In this document: piece by piece, positions 40,058-47,882 of the stretch | Layout of the letters: the number at the start of each line of letters is the position of its first letter | Position numbering within the stretch: position 1 is the first letter of the stretch | NCBI GenBank assembly: GCA_963834845.1 | Contig: CAWICY010000004.1 | Location: 2,969,530-3,033,529, forward strand | Direction of reading: 5' to 3' | Origin: an uncultured Pseudomonadota bacterium | GTDB taxonomy: Bacteria; Pseudomonadota; Gammaproteobacteria; Burkholderiales; SG8-39 | DNA: 64,000 nt | Program-made: the position numbers and the translations under genes | The notes under the pieces: model-generated | Told to the model about the DNA's origin: nothing | Database searches by the model: none | Seen by the model: the letters and a program-made list of their open reading frames with translations, nothing else

Positions 40058-41173
40058 ATGATCCGACAAGGCGTTCCGCTGGGCCGGATCCTCGGCATCC
40101 CGATCCGGCTGGACTACTCGTGGTTCCTGATTCTCGGCTTGCTGACCTGGATGCTCGCGGGCAGTTACTTTCCCGCGGAGTTCGGCGGCTGGCCGCCGGC
40201 GCTGTACTGGTTGATGGGTGCGCTCACGGCGGTCGCGTTCTTCGCCAGCCTGCTGCTCCACGAGCTCGGGCACTCGGTGGTCGCGCTGCGCTACAAGGTG
40301 CCGGTGCGCAGCATCACGCTGTTCGTTTTCGGCGGGGTCGCCCAGATCGGCGGCGAGCCGCCGAGCGCGAAGGCCGAGTTCGCCATCGCGGTCGCCGGCC
40401 CGATCGTCAGCCTGGCGCTGGGGCTCGCGTGCTACGCACTGCAGCCGATCCTCGGCGCCGTGGAGCCGCTGCTCGGCCTGGCGCAATATCTGACCTACAT
40501 GAACCTGGCGGTAGCGCTGTTCAACCTGATACCCGGCTATCCGCTCGACGGCGGGCGCGTGTTGCGCGCCATCCTCTGGGCGTTCATGCGCGACATGCGC
40601 CGGGCCACCGTGATCGCCGCCAACGTGGGTCGAGCCTTCGGCCTGGCATTCATCCTGGTAGGCGTATGGCAGGTGCTCGGCGGCAATTTCGGCGGCCTGT
40701 GGCTCGCCTTCATCGGCTGGTTTCTGGAAAGTGCGGCGAGCGCGCAGATCCTGCAGACCACGTTTCAGGACCTGCTGGCCGGACACAAGGTGTCGCAGGC
40801 CATGGGCGCGCGCTGCCCGGCCATCGCCGAGGATGCCACGCTGCAGCGGCTCGTCGACGAGCACGTCCTGGCGCGCGGGGAACGCTGCTTTCTCGTCAAT
40901 CGCGGCGAGCGCACCGTCGGCCTGATGACGGTCCATCAGATCACCGCCGTGCCGCGCGCAGAATGGCCCGCCGTGACGGCGGCGCGGGTCATGCTGCCGC
41001 TCGAGCAATCGCGTCGCGTCGGCCCGGACACCGCGCTCTCGGCCGCGCTGCAGCTGATGGATCGCGACGGCGTCAACCAGCTGCCAGTGATGGCCGGCGG
41101 CAGCGTGCTCGGCATGCTGAATCGCGAGGACGTGATCAGCTTCCTGCGCACGCTACAGGAGTTGCATGCCTAG
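40058..41173 (+). CDS. M50 (site-2 protease family) zinc metalloprotease with tandem C-terminal CBS domains
   Basis: 371-aa ORF with HELGH in a TM helix, a later NLIPGYPLDGGR motif and a C-terminal CBS pair (..VSQAMGARCPAI.. / ..ALQLMDRDGVNQLPVM..). Confidence 0.85.
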   Translation: MIRQGVPLGRILGIPIRLDYSWFLILGLLTWMLAGSYFPAEFGGWPPALYWLMGALTAVAFFASLLLHELGHSVVALRYKVPVRSITLFVFGGVAQIGGEPPSAKAEFAIAVAGPIVSLALGLACYALQPILGAVEPLLGLAQYLTYMNLAVALFNLIPGYPLDGGRVLRAILWAFMRDMRRATVIAANVGRAFGLAFILVGVWQVLGGNFGGLWLAFIGWFLESAASAQILQTTFQDLLAGHKVSQAMGARCPAIAEDATLQRLVDEHVLARGERCFLVNRGERTVGLMTVHQITAVPRAEWPAVTAARVMLPLEQSRRVGPDTALSAALQLMDRDGVNQLPVMAGGSVLGMLNREDVISFLRTLQELHA

Positions 41174-41424
41174 CCGCTCATTCCCAGGGCCTCTCTGATC
41201 TCGGCCTCGGCCTCGAGCCAGTCATCGAGCTCGTGCCCCGCGGCGAACGCGCGCTGCTCCGCGCGCCGGTACGCCGCTTGCGCAACGAGCTGGTGCAGCT
41301 CTTCATCGCTGAATTCGGTGCCGGAATTGGCCGTATGCGCCGTGGGGCGCGAGAGCACCACCTTGGCGGCCTCGCCGGTCCCGACCCGGGTGGATGTGGC
41401 AGGTGTCGTTTCGCGTGCTGGCAT
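41170..41424 (-). CDS. DUF2934-domain protein
   Basis: 84-aa ORF with the C-terminal motif LVAQAAYRRAEQRAFAAGHELDDWLEAEAEI. Confidence 0.7.
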   Translation of the reverse strand: MPARETTPATSTRVGTGEAAKVVLSRPTAHTANSGTEFSDEELHQLVAQAAYRRAEQRAFAAGHELDDWLEAEAEIREALGMSG

Positions 41425-41478
41425 GGCGTCCTCCTTGCGTGACCTCGCGCCATGATGCCGCCGGCGCGCGCCGGCGGC

Positions 41479-41492
41479 TTGACCGGGATCAA
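41479..41492. promoter_or_regulatory. FNR/Anr-type box TTGACCGGGATCAA upstream of the DUF2934 gene
   Basis: Centred 61 nt before ATG 41424. Confidence 0.55.
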
Positions 41493-41508
41493 ACCTGGGC
41501 CCATCCGT

Positions 41509-42330
41509 TCACGCGCCGCTCTTGCGGTAGGTCGCGCGCAGCCCCGGCCAGGGCGCCAGCTGCTCGAGCGCCGCGGGCAGCGCCTCGTGCAGGCCGACCA
41601 CCAGCGCACCGCCCGGCCTCAGGTGCTCGATGATCCGGTGCATCGTCTCCTCCTGCAGCCGCGGCTCGAAATAGGTGAGCGCGAGATTGCGGCACAGGAT
41701 CAGGTCGAAGCTGCCCGCGGGCAGCTCGATGCGGATGTCCTGGCGCGCGAACTCGACGCAGGCGCGCGGCTCCGGCTGCACGCACCGCAGCTCGCCGGAA
41801 CGGTCGAAGGCCTGCGCCAGCAGCTCCGGCGGCAGCTCCCTGAGGCTGCTCGCGCGGTAGCAGCCGCGCGCCGCGCGCTCGAGCGGGGGCGCATCGACGT
41901 CGGTCGCCAGCACGCGCAGGCGAAGCCCGGGAAATCCTGCCTGCAGCCGGAAGCGCCACAGGATCGCCAGCGTGTAGGGCTCCTCGCCGCTCGCGCAGCC
42001 CGCGCTCCAGCAATCGAGCGCCGCGCGCCCGGCCGCGCTCGCGGCCTGCGCCAGCGCGGGCAACACCACACGCCCGAGCTCCTCGAACACGGCGCGGTCG
42101 CGCCAGAAGCGCGAAATCGGGATCGGGCACAGGCCCTCGAGCGCAGGCCACTCCGTGGCATCGCGCTCGAGCAGCGCGCGATAGGCGTCGAGGTCGGGCA
42201 GGCCGAGCGCACGCAGCCTGCGCGCGACGCGCTTGCACACCACGCCGCGCACTTTGCGAAATCCCGGCCAATGCAGGCGCAGGCGCGGCAGCGCCCATTG
42301 CAGGAACCGGACGCACTCGGCGTCCCTCAC
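41509..42330 (-). CDS. CheR-family SAM-dependent protein-glutamate methyltransferase-like protein (orphan)
   Basis: In ORF 41509..42417. GTG 42330 gives a GTGA overlap with the upstream 74-aa ORF. ..RFWRDRAVFE...WSAGCASGEEPYTLAI...VLATDVD...YRASSLRELP...FDLILCRNLALTYF. Confidence 0.75.
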   Translation of the reverse strand: MRDAECVRFLQWALPRLRLHWPGFRKVRGVVCKRVARRLRALGLPDLDAYRALLERDATEWPALEGLCPIPISRFWRDRAVFEELGRVVLPALAQAASAAGRAALDCWSAGCASGEEPYTLAILWRFRLQAGFPGLRLRVLATDVDAPPLERAARGCYRASSLRELPPELLAQAFDRSGELRCVQPEPRACVEFARQDIRIELPAGSFDLILCRNLALTYFEPRLQEETMHRIIEHLRPGGALVVGLHEALPAALEQLAPWPGLRATYRKSGA

Positions 42331-42551
42331 GCGGTGCGCGTGAACGCGGCGAGGTCCCACTCGCCGGTGTTCTCGTCGTGGCGCAGGATGTAGGTGTTGC
42401 CGTCGCTCGCACGGCACTTGAACCAGCGGCGCTCGGGCTCCATCCAGCGGTCGACGATCTCAACTACGTCCAGGCGTCGCTCGCCGAGGCGGAAGGCGCG
42501 CGGCTCCTGCTCGCTGCGATACCCGGCATGGCATTCGACGTGGAGGCCCAT
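42327..42551 (-). CDS. hypothetical 74-aa protein translationally coupled to the CheR-like gene
   Basis: MGLHVECHAGYRSEQEPRAFRLGERRLDVVEIVDRWMEPERRWFKCRASDGNTYILRHDENTGEWDL. No family name recalled. Confidence 0.55.
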   Translation of the reverse strand: MGLHVECHAGYRSEQEPRAFRLGERRLDVVEIVDRWMEPERRWFKCRASDGNTYILRHDENTGEWDLAAFTRTA

Positions 42552-42614
42552 GGATCAGCGACGGCGCAGCGCGCGCAGCCGCTCCCACAGCCTACGCTCC
42601 TTGGCGCCGCCCAC

Positions 42615-42628
42615 TTGAGCTACGTCAA
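42615..42628. promoter_or_regulatory. FNR/Anr-type box TTGAGCTACGTCAA in the divergent 74-aa/CheR versus hsp20 spacer
   Basis: Centred 70 nt before ATG 42551 (minus) and 95 nt before ATG 42717 (plus). Confidence 0.5.
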
Positions 42629-42716
42629 TATTGTGCCGCGGGCCTCTGGCAGCATGGTTCCCCACGGCGGAGACTCTTCGCCAACCGTTCACCGGAATAT
42701 TTTCAGGAGGTGCCAA

Positions 42717-43211
42717 ATGGCTGCAGAGAAGAAGGAAGTCACTGTCAGGAAAGGCGAAATCCAGAAGGCCCCGCCAAGAGTGGTCGGCAGCCCCTTCGAG
42801 AGCATGGAGCGCATGTTCGACGATTTCCTCGGACGCGGCTGGCTGCGGCCGTTCCGGCGCGACTGGCCGGCGTTTCCCGAGATCGACTTGACCATGCCGA
42901 AGGTCGACGTCATCGACCGCGACGACGATGTGGTGGTGCGCGCCGAGGTGCCAGCGGTCAAGAAGGAGGACATCGAGGTTTCGATCTCGGGCAACACGGT
43001 GACCATCAAGGGAGAGAGCAAGCACGAGGAGAAGGAAGAGAAGGGCGACTACTACCGCGCCGAGATCTCGCGTGGCGCATTCTCGCGCATGGTGACGCTG
43101 CCGGCGGAGGTCGACGAGTCCAAGGCAAAGGCCGCGCTCAAGGACGGCGTCCTCGAGCTGACTCTGCCCAAGGTCCAGAAGGCCAAGCGGCGCACGATCA
43201 AGGTAGCCTGA
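42717..43211 (+). CDS. Hsp20/alpha-crystallin family small heat-shock protein
   Basis: Starts at the internal ATG 42717 (AGGAGG RBS): ...PKVDVIDRDDDVVVRAEVPAVKKEDIEVSISGNTVTIKGE...GAFSRMVTLPAEVDESKAKAALKDGVLELTLPK. Confidence 0.9.
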   Translation: MAAEKKEVTVRKGEIQKAPPRVVGSPFESMERMFDDFLGRGWLRPFRRDWPAFPEIDLTMPKVDVIDRDDDVVVRAEVPAVKKEDIEVSISGNTVTIKGESKHEEKEEKGDYYRAEISRGAFSRMVTLPAEVDESKAKAALKDGVLELTLPKVQKAKRRTIKVA

Positions 43212-43511
43212 TTGCGCCCAGAGTCGCAGGACATCTGGACGGTGCGCGAGGCGGCCGAGCGCATCCTGCATCAACTTTGCTCGCGCACGTTCGGTTATTC
43301 GGTCGAGGCACGGGATAGCGGCTGGACGCTGCGCGTCGAATGCGCGACCGACGAGGGGTGGCAGACGGTCTTGCTGCCGATCGGCCCGGCCGAGCTTGGC
43401 ACCAGCCTGGACGACCCGGGCGTGCGTGACAGGCTGGTCGCGGCAGGGAACCGGCAGCTGGGCGCCTGCGTGACCCGAACAACTGATCCGCTCAGCCTCC
43501 CGGCGCCCTGA
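43212..43511 (+). CDS. hypothetical small protein, tandem paralog 1
   Basis: 99-aa ORF with a TTG start directly after the hsp20 stop: ..IWTVREAAERILHQL..FGYSVEARDSGWTLRVECATDEGWQTVLLPIGPAELGTSLDDPGVRDRL. Confidence 0.55.
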   Translation: MRPESQDIWTVREAAERILHQLCSRTFGYSVEARDSGWTLRVECATDEGWQTVLLPIGPAELGTSLDDPGVRDRLVAAGNRQLGACVTRTTDPLSLPAP

Positions 43512-43548
43512 GGTGGCTGCCGGCTCGTGGCCGGCGGCGAGCCATTCC

Positions 43549-43824
43549 ATGACCCCTCCTGCACCGGACATTCGCGCCGCGCGCGTCGCGGCCGAACGCA
43601 TTCTGGACGAGCTCGAGCTCGGGTCCTACGCGTTCACGGTGGAGGCGAAGGAAGACGGCTGGGTGCTCTCGGTGGAGTGCGCGGCCGGGGAAGACTGGCA
43701 GGTGGTGTCCTTCCCGGTGGATCCGGCAAGGCTGCGTGCGAGCCTGGACGATCCGGGCGTCAGGCGCGAGATCGGCGCGGCCTGGGGGCCGCACCTCGAA
43801 GCATGCGCGAAGAAGAAGCTCTAG
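43549..43824 (+). CDS. hypothetical small protein, tandem paralog 2
   Basis: In ORF 43513..43824. ATG 43549: MTPPAPDIRAARVAAERILDEL..YAFTVEAKEDGWVLSVECAAGEDWQVVSFPVDPARLRASLDDPGVRREI is colinear with paralog 1. Confidence 0.55.
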   Translation: MTPPAPDIRAARVAAERILDELELGSYAFTVEAKEDGWVLSVECAAGEDWQVVSFPVDPARLRASLDDPGVRREIGAAWGPHLEACAKKKL

Positions 43825-43872
43825 GCGGGCGAGGGCTCGCGGCGCTGGGCGTCCAGTCGATGGTGAGCCTCG

Positions 43873-44103
43873 CTAATCCGGCCGGATCTCTCCCTTGCGC
43901 ACCCACACGCCGCGCTCCTCGCAGTGCAGCAGCTCGCTGCCGCTCACTACGTAGTCGCCGAGCGAATAGGCGACATCGTTGAAGTAGCACACGCCGGTCT
44001 CGAGCTCCAGCTCGAAATCGATCTCCTCGTCCTCCACGTCGAGGATCGGCGAGGTCCTGCGCTCGGGATCGGGGGCACCGACTTGCGGGATGCTGCGCGC
44101 CAT
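43873..44103 (-). CDS. hypothetical 76-aa protein
   Basis: Acidic N-terminal half, then GVCYFNDVAYSLGDYVVSGSELLHCEERGVWVRKGE. No family recognised. Confidence 0.45.
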   Translation of the reverse strand: MARSIPQVGAPDPERRTSPILDVEDEEIDFELELETGVCYFNDVAYSLGDYVVSGSELLHCEERGVWVRKGEIRPD

Positions 44104-44118
44104 GAGCTGCTCCTTGGT

Positions 44119-44337
44119 CTAGGTGTTGCCGTCGTCGGGCTTCTCGATGTCTCCGCCGCTGCGCTCGCGCAGCCAGCGGTCATCCTCGTCCTCGGGCCAA
44201 TCCTCCAGCGGATCCTCGACCGAGTCGGCCTCGCGCGGCCGGCGCGGCGGCTCGCGTTCCACGCCCGTAGGCGCGGGCGCGGGCGGCGCGGCCCGGCGCG
44301 CGGACTTGGCGCGGCGCTTGCGCTTCGCCTTGGGCAT
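44119..44337 (-). CDS. hypothetical 72-aa protein with a Lys/Arg-rich N-terminus and an acidic C-terminus
   Basis: The ORF starts 1 nt after the upstream lipoprotein stop. Low complexity, so coding status is uncertain. Confidence 0.35.
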   Translation of the reverse strand: MPKAKRKRRAKSARRAAPPAPAPTGVEREPPRRPREADSVEDPLEDWPEDEDDRWLRERSGGDIEKPDDGNT

Positions 44338-44338
44338 G

Positions 44339-44785
44339 TCAGGCCGCCTTCCAGCTGCCGTCGGGCTGGCGGCAGGCCGTGCCGTTGATGTTTTCGGATT
44401 TGCCGTCGATCACCGCCTGCGTCGTGAATTCGCGGCACGGTCCGGACGCCGTCTGGTAGGTGCGCGTCGGCGTGACGGTGTAGGTGGCGCCGGTATCCGG
44501 GTTGCGCCAGCCTGTCGGTGCGCCGGTGGGCGCGGTCTCCAGCGCCTGCGCCGCCTTCATCCGGTCCTTTTCGTCCATCGACGTGCCGATCCGGCTGCCG
44601 AGATAGGCGCCGGCGAGCGCGCCGGCGACGATCGCCACCGTCCGCCCGGTGCCGCCGCCGACCTGCGCGCCCAGCACACCGCCCAGCACGCCGCCGGCGA
44701 CCGTCCCGACCTGCTGTTTGGTCGGCTCCGCTTGGCACGCGGCGAGCGCCGCAGCAAGCAGCCCGATGATCACGATGCGTTTCAT
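44339..44785 (-). CDS. 17-kDa surface antigen / glycine-zipper lipoprotein with a C-terminal Cys-pair domain
   Basis: Starts at the internal ATG 44785: MKRIVIIGLLAAALAAC (lipobox), GGVLGGVLGAQVGGGTG glycine zipper, then ..WRNPDTGATYTVTPT..GPCREF......GTACRQPDGSW. Confidence 0.75.
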   Translation of the reverse strand: MKRIVIIGLLAAALAACQAEPTKQQVGTVAGGVLGGVLGAQVGGGTGRTVAIVAGALAGAYLGSRIGTSMDEKDRMKAAQALETAPTGAPTGWRNPDTGATYTVTPTRTYQTASGPCREFTTQAVIDGKSENINGTACRQPDGSWKAA

Positions 44786-44850
44786 TGCCGTTCTCTCCTT
44801 GCGCTTGTCGGCCCCGTCGCTGCCATGATTGGCCAGCGGGCGCGCGTTGT

Positions 44851-44864
44851 CTTGATCTCGATCA
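44851..44864. promoter_or_regulatory. FNR/Anr-type box TTGATCTCGATCAA (matches both consensus half-sites)
   Basis: Lies in the divergent spacer. Centred 72 nt before ATG 44785 (minus) and 85 nt before ATG 44943 (plus). Confidence 0.55.
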
Positions 44865-44942
44865 ACGTCAGGGGAACCTCGGCCGCTAGATTCGATCAAT
44901 CAACGGCCGCCGGGACGCAACCCGGCCCAGGGAGCCCCACAT

Positions 44943-45335
44943 ATGACACTGACCGCCAAGCAGATGGAAGAGTTCGGCCGCCTGATCCGCCAGCGCCGCG
45001 AGCAGCTGGTGAGCGAACTGCTCGAGGACGTGGCGCGCTCGCGCGACGAGAGCTACGCCAGCGTGGCGGGGCAGGTGACCGATCTCGGCGACGAGGCGCT
45101 CGCCGACCTGCTTTCGGATCTGGACAACGCCGAGGTTGCGCGCGACATGCGCGAGATCCGCGCGCTCGACGCGGCGCTGGCGCGCGTCGCGGACGGCAGC
45201 TACGGCAATTGCGCCGACTGCGGTGGCGACATCGGCCTGGAGCGGCTGCACGCCTTCCCTACGGCGTTGCGCTGCATCAGGTGCCAGGAGGTCTACGAGA
45301 AGACCCACGCGCACCCGGCGGAGCCGCGTCTCTAG
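44943..45335 (+). CDS. TraR/DksA-family C4 zinc-finger protein
   Basis: 130-aa ORF: ...YGNCADCGGDIGLERLHAFPTALRCIRCQ. Confidence 0.8.
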   Translation: MTLTAKQMEEFGRLIRQRREQLVSELLEDVARSRDESYASVAGQVTDLGDEALADLLSDLDNAEVARDMREIRALDAALARVADGSYGNCADCGGDIGLERLHAFPTALRCIRCQEVYEKTHAHPAEPRL

Positions 45336-46342
45336 CCGGGCGCTTTCCGCGCCCGCTCCAGCTCCGTGCGCAGCTCGGCTTCGCGCTCGGCGTAGCGCGG
45401 CGAGAAATGGAATGGCACCACCAGGCGCGCGCGCGCCACGCGTGCAATGTTGCCGGCCTGGCGCGCGGTGAGGTGGAACTTGCGCGCCGCGTGGTCCGCG
45501 TCCTCGTCCAGGAACACGCACTCGATGTATAGCTGGTCCGCGTCGGCCGCGAGCGCGGCGAGGCGCCGCTCGTTCTCGGCGCTGTGCAGCACGTCGGTCG
45601 CGTAGCACAGCTTCTCGCCGGGCACCAGCTCGAGCACGCGCGCCTTGAGCTCACCCAGGGAATGATGCTGCTCGTGCAGGCCGTCGCGGTCGTGCCACCA
45701 GGCGCGCTGCCGCGTGTCGTCGGGCGCGCCCTGCATCACCGCGCGCTTCAGCTCGGTGAGCCACGGCCCCGTCTGCAGGCCCATCTCGGCGAGCCGGTTC
45801 TTCCACACGTTGACGTGCGTCTTCTCTTCCAGCACGAAGGCGAGGCAGGTGATGTCGTGGTCGAGCGCCGCCGCCCGCACGCGAAACGCCGGCTCGTCGA
45901 GCAGCAATCCCGCAGGGGCGTCGCGCGGCGGCTGCGGCTCCCGCTCGAAGCGCGCGTGGCAGCGAAAGCGTGCGGCGCGCAGCCGCTCGCCGTCGAGCTC
46001 GTGCACCAGCAGCGCGAAGTCCGTCGCATAGTTCTGCACCAGGTTCCAGCTATAGGCGGCGAGCTTGTGCTCGACGCGGCCGATGAAGCCCGGCGGACCG
46101 TAGAGACGGACCGCGGTCTCGCGCCCCAGGCACACGCGCAGCAGCCGGTCGAAGCCGACGAAGTGGTCCATGTGGGCGTGCGACACGAAGACGTCGGTCA
46201 GGCGCAGGATCTTGCGCGGCGGGAGCGCCGCGATGTCGCCGAGGTCGAACAGCAGCGCGCGGCCCTCGAACTTGAAGTCGAGGTACAGGCAAGGATCGCC
46301 GAACGGGCCGTTGACGAGTTCCGGGGTGAAGATCGGGCGCAT
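45332..46342 (-). CDS. MBL-fold metallo-hydrolase (RNase Z-like)
   Basis: Starts at the internal ATG 46342: MRPIFTPELVNGPFGDPCLYLDF...LTDVFVSHAHMDHFVGFDRLLR. Confidence 0.8.
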   Translation of the reverse strand: MRPIFTPELVNGPFGDPCLYLDFKFEGRALLFDLGDIAALPPRKILRLTDVFVSHAHMDHFVGFDRLLRVCLGRETAVRLYGPPGFIGRVEHKLAAYSWNLVQNYATDFALLVHELDGERLRAARFRCHARFEREPQPPRDAPAGLLLDEPAFRVRAAALDHDITCLAFVLEEKTHVNVWKNRLAEMGLQTGPWLTELKRAVMQGAPDDTRQRAWWHDRDGLHEQHHSLGELKARVLELVPGEKLCYATDVLHSAENERRLAALAADADQLYIECVFLDEDADHAARKFHLTARQAGNIARVARARLVVPFHFSPRYAEREAELRTELERARKAPG

Positions 46343-46374
46343 GTCTGCAAGAATAGCCCCGAAAGGAGAACGCG

Positions 46375-47262
46375 ATGACAAAGCGCACGCTGGGATTCGT
46401 CGGCCTGGGCGTGATGGGCGAGCCGATGTGCAGGAACCTGAAGGCCAAGAGTGGGTGCAGGGTCGTCGCCCACGACATCGATTCCGCGCCGCTCGCGCGT
46501 GTCGCGGTGCACGGCGTCGAGCCGCTGGCGGATGCCGCCGCCGTGACGGCGGCGAGCGACGTAGTGTTCGTGTCCATGCCTTCGGGCAAGGTGCTGCAAG
46601 AGCTCGTCCACGCGGAAAAGGGGCTCCTCGGGAGGGCCCGCGGGGGACAGATCTTCGTCGATCTGGGCACCTCACCCGTGAAGCTGACGCGCCGGCTGGC
46701 GGCGGAATTCGCGTCGCGTGGCGCCCGCTATCTCGACGCGCCGGTCGCACGCACGCGCGCCGCGGCCGAAGCGGGCACGCTGTCGGTGATGGTCGGCGGC
46801 GACGCGGCGACCTTCGACGAGGTGAGGCCGCTGCTCGCGTGTTTCGCCACCGAGATTACGCATTGCGGCGCGCTCGGCAGCGGGCAGGTGAGCAAGATCC
46901 TCAACAACATGGTGCTGTTCGAGACGGTGGCAGCCCTGTCGGAAGCGTGGGCCATCGCACGGCGCTCGGGCATAGACGCGAAGCTGCTGTTCGAGACGCT
47001 CTCCAAGGGCTCCGCCGACAGCTTCGCGCTGCGCAACCACGGCCTGAAAGCGATCATCCCCGGGGAGTTCCCGCCGCGCGCGTTCTCGGTCGAGTACGCG
47101 CTCAAGGACCTGCAGTACGCCCTCGAGCTGGCCGAGGACGCCGGGGTCGACGCAGCGGGCGCGCGGCGCGTCGAGAAGCTGTACCAGGAAGCGATCGCGC
47201 GGGGCTTCGGCGCGCTGTACCACCCTGTGGTGAGCCGCCTGGTCGAGGGCGGCGCGGGATAG
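46375..47262 (+). CDS. NAD(P)-dependent beta-hydroxyacid dehydrogenase family oxidoreductase
   Basis: 295-aa ORF: LGFVGLGVMGEPMCRNL...YLDAPVART...GSGQVSKILNN. Confidence 0.85.
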   Translation: MTKRTLGFVGLGVMGEPMCRNLKAKSGCRVVAHDIDSAPLARVAVHGVEPLADAAAVTAASDVVFVSMPSGKVLQELVHAEKGLLGRARGGQIFVDLGTSPVKLTRRLAAEFASRGARYLDAPVARTRAAAEAGTLSVMVGGDAATFDEVRPLLACFATEITHCGALGSGQVSKILNNMVLFETVAALSEAWAIARRSGIDAKLLFETLSKGSADSFALRNHGLKAIIPGEFPPRAFSVEYALKDLQYALELAEDAGVDAAGARRVEKLYQEAIARGFGALYHPVVSRLVEGGAG

Positions 47263-47331
47263 CCGCCGGGCGGTTGAACCACGCGCGCGGGGCGCTGTCC
47301 ACGGCTGGGGTGGTTCGCTCCCGGGAGGGGC

Positions 47332-47766
47332 ATGCCCTACGCGTTCGCCTTCGGCGCGCTGCTGGTCGTAGCGAGCACGCTGCTGCACTACGAGGTCCTG
47401 CGCTTGCTTTCGGCCTGCGTGCCGTTGCTGCGCATCAGGCCGCGCGCGCGGCTCATCGCGATCATTTTCGGCACCTTCATCGGACACCTGGCGGGCATTG
47501 CGGTCTACGCATTCGCCTACTTCTATCTGCGCGACAGGTTCGGGCTGGGCAACTTCGGCGGCAAGTTCGTCGACAGCTTCGCGAGCTACTTCTACTTTTC
47601 CGCCGAGAGCTACACCTCGATCGGCCTGGGCGACATCTATCCCCTGGGGGCGCTGCGGCTGATCACCGGCATCGAGGCGCTGAACGGCCTGCTGCTCATC
47701 GGCTGGTCGGCGTCGTTCACCTATCTTGCGATGCAGCGCTATTGGCGCATCAGCGAGGGAGACTAG
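47332..47766 (+). CDS. two-TM ion-channel (Ion_trans_2-like) protein
   Basis: 144-aa ORF with a pore-loop-like YFSAESYTSIGLGDIYP between hydrophobic helices. Confidence 0.65.
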   Translation: MPYAFAFGALLVVASTLLHYEVLRLLSACVPLLRIRPRARLIAIIFGTFIGHLAGIAVYAFAYFYLRDRFGLGNFGGKFVDSFASYFYFSAESYTSIGLGDIYPLGALRLITGIEALNGLLLIGWSASFTYLAMQRYWRISEGD

Positions 47767-47882
47767 CCTGGGCCCGGGAACGGCGGAAGCGGGGCGGCAG
47801 GTCAGGAAGGTGTCAATGCTGCACTGCGGCGGGACACCGGGCCCGCGGAGTGGAATGATGCCCCGTCCAAGGGGAGGGGCAT

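Noticed and set aside
42613-42650. Possible sigma-32 heat-shock promoter (CTTGAG...CCGCGGGCC) upstream of hsp20
   Set aside because: The -10 region does not resemble CCCCATNT. The CTTGA is better explained as part of the FNR-type palindrome.
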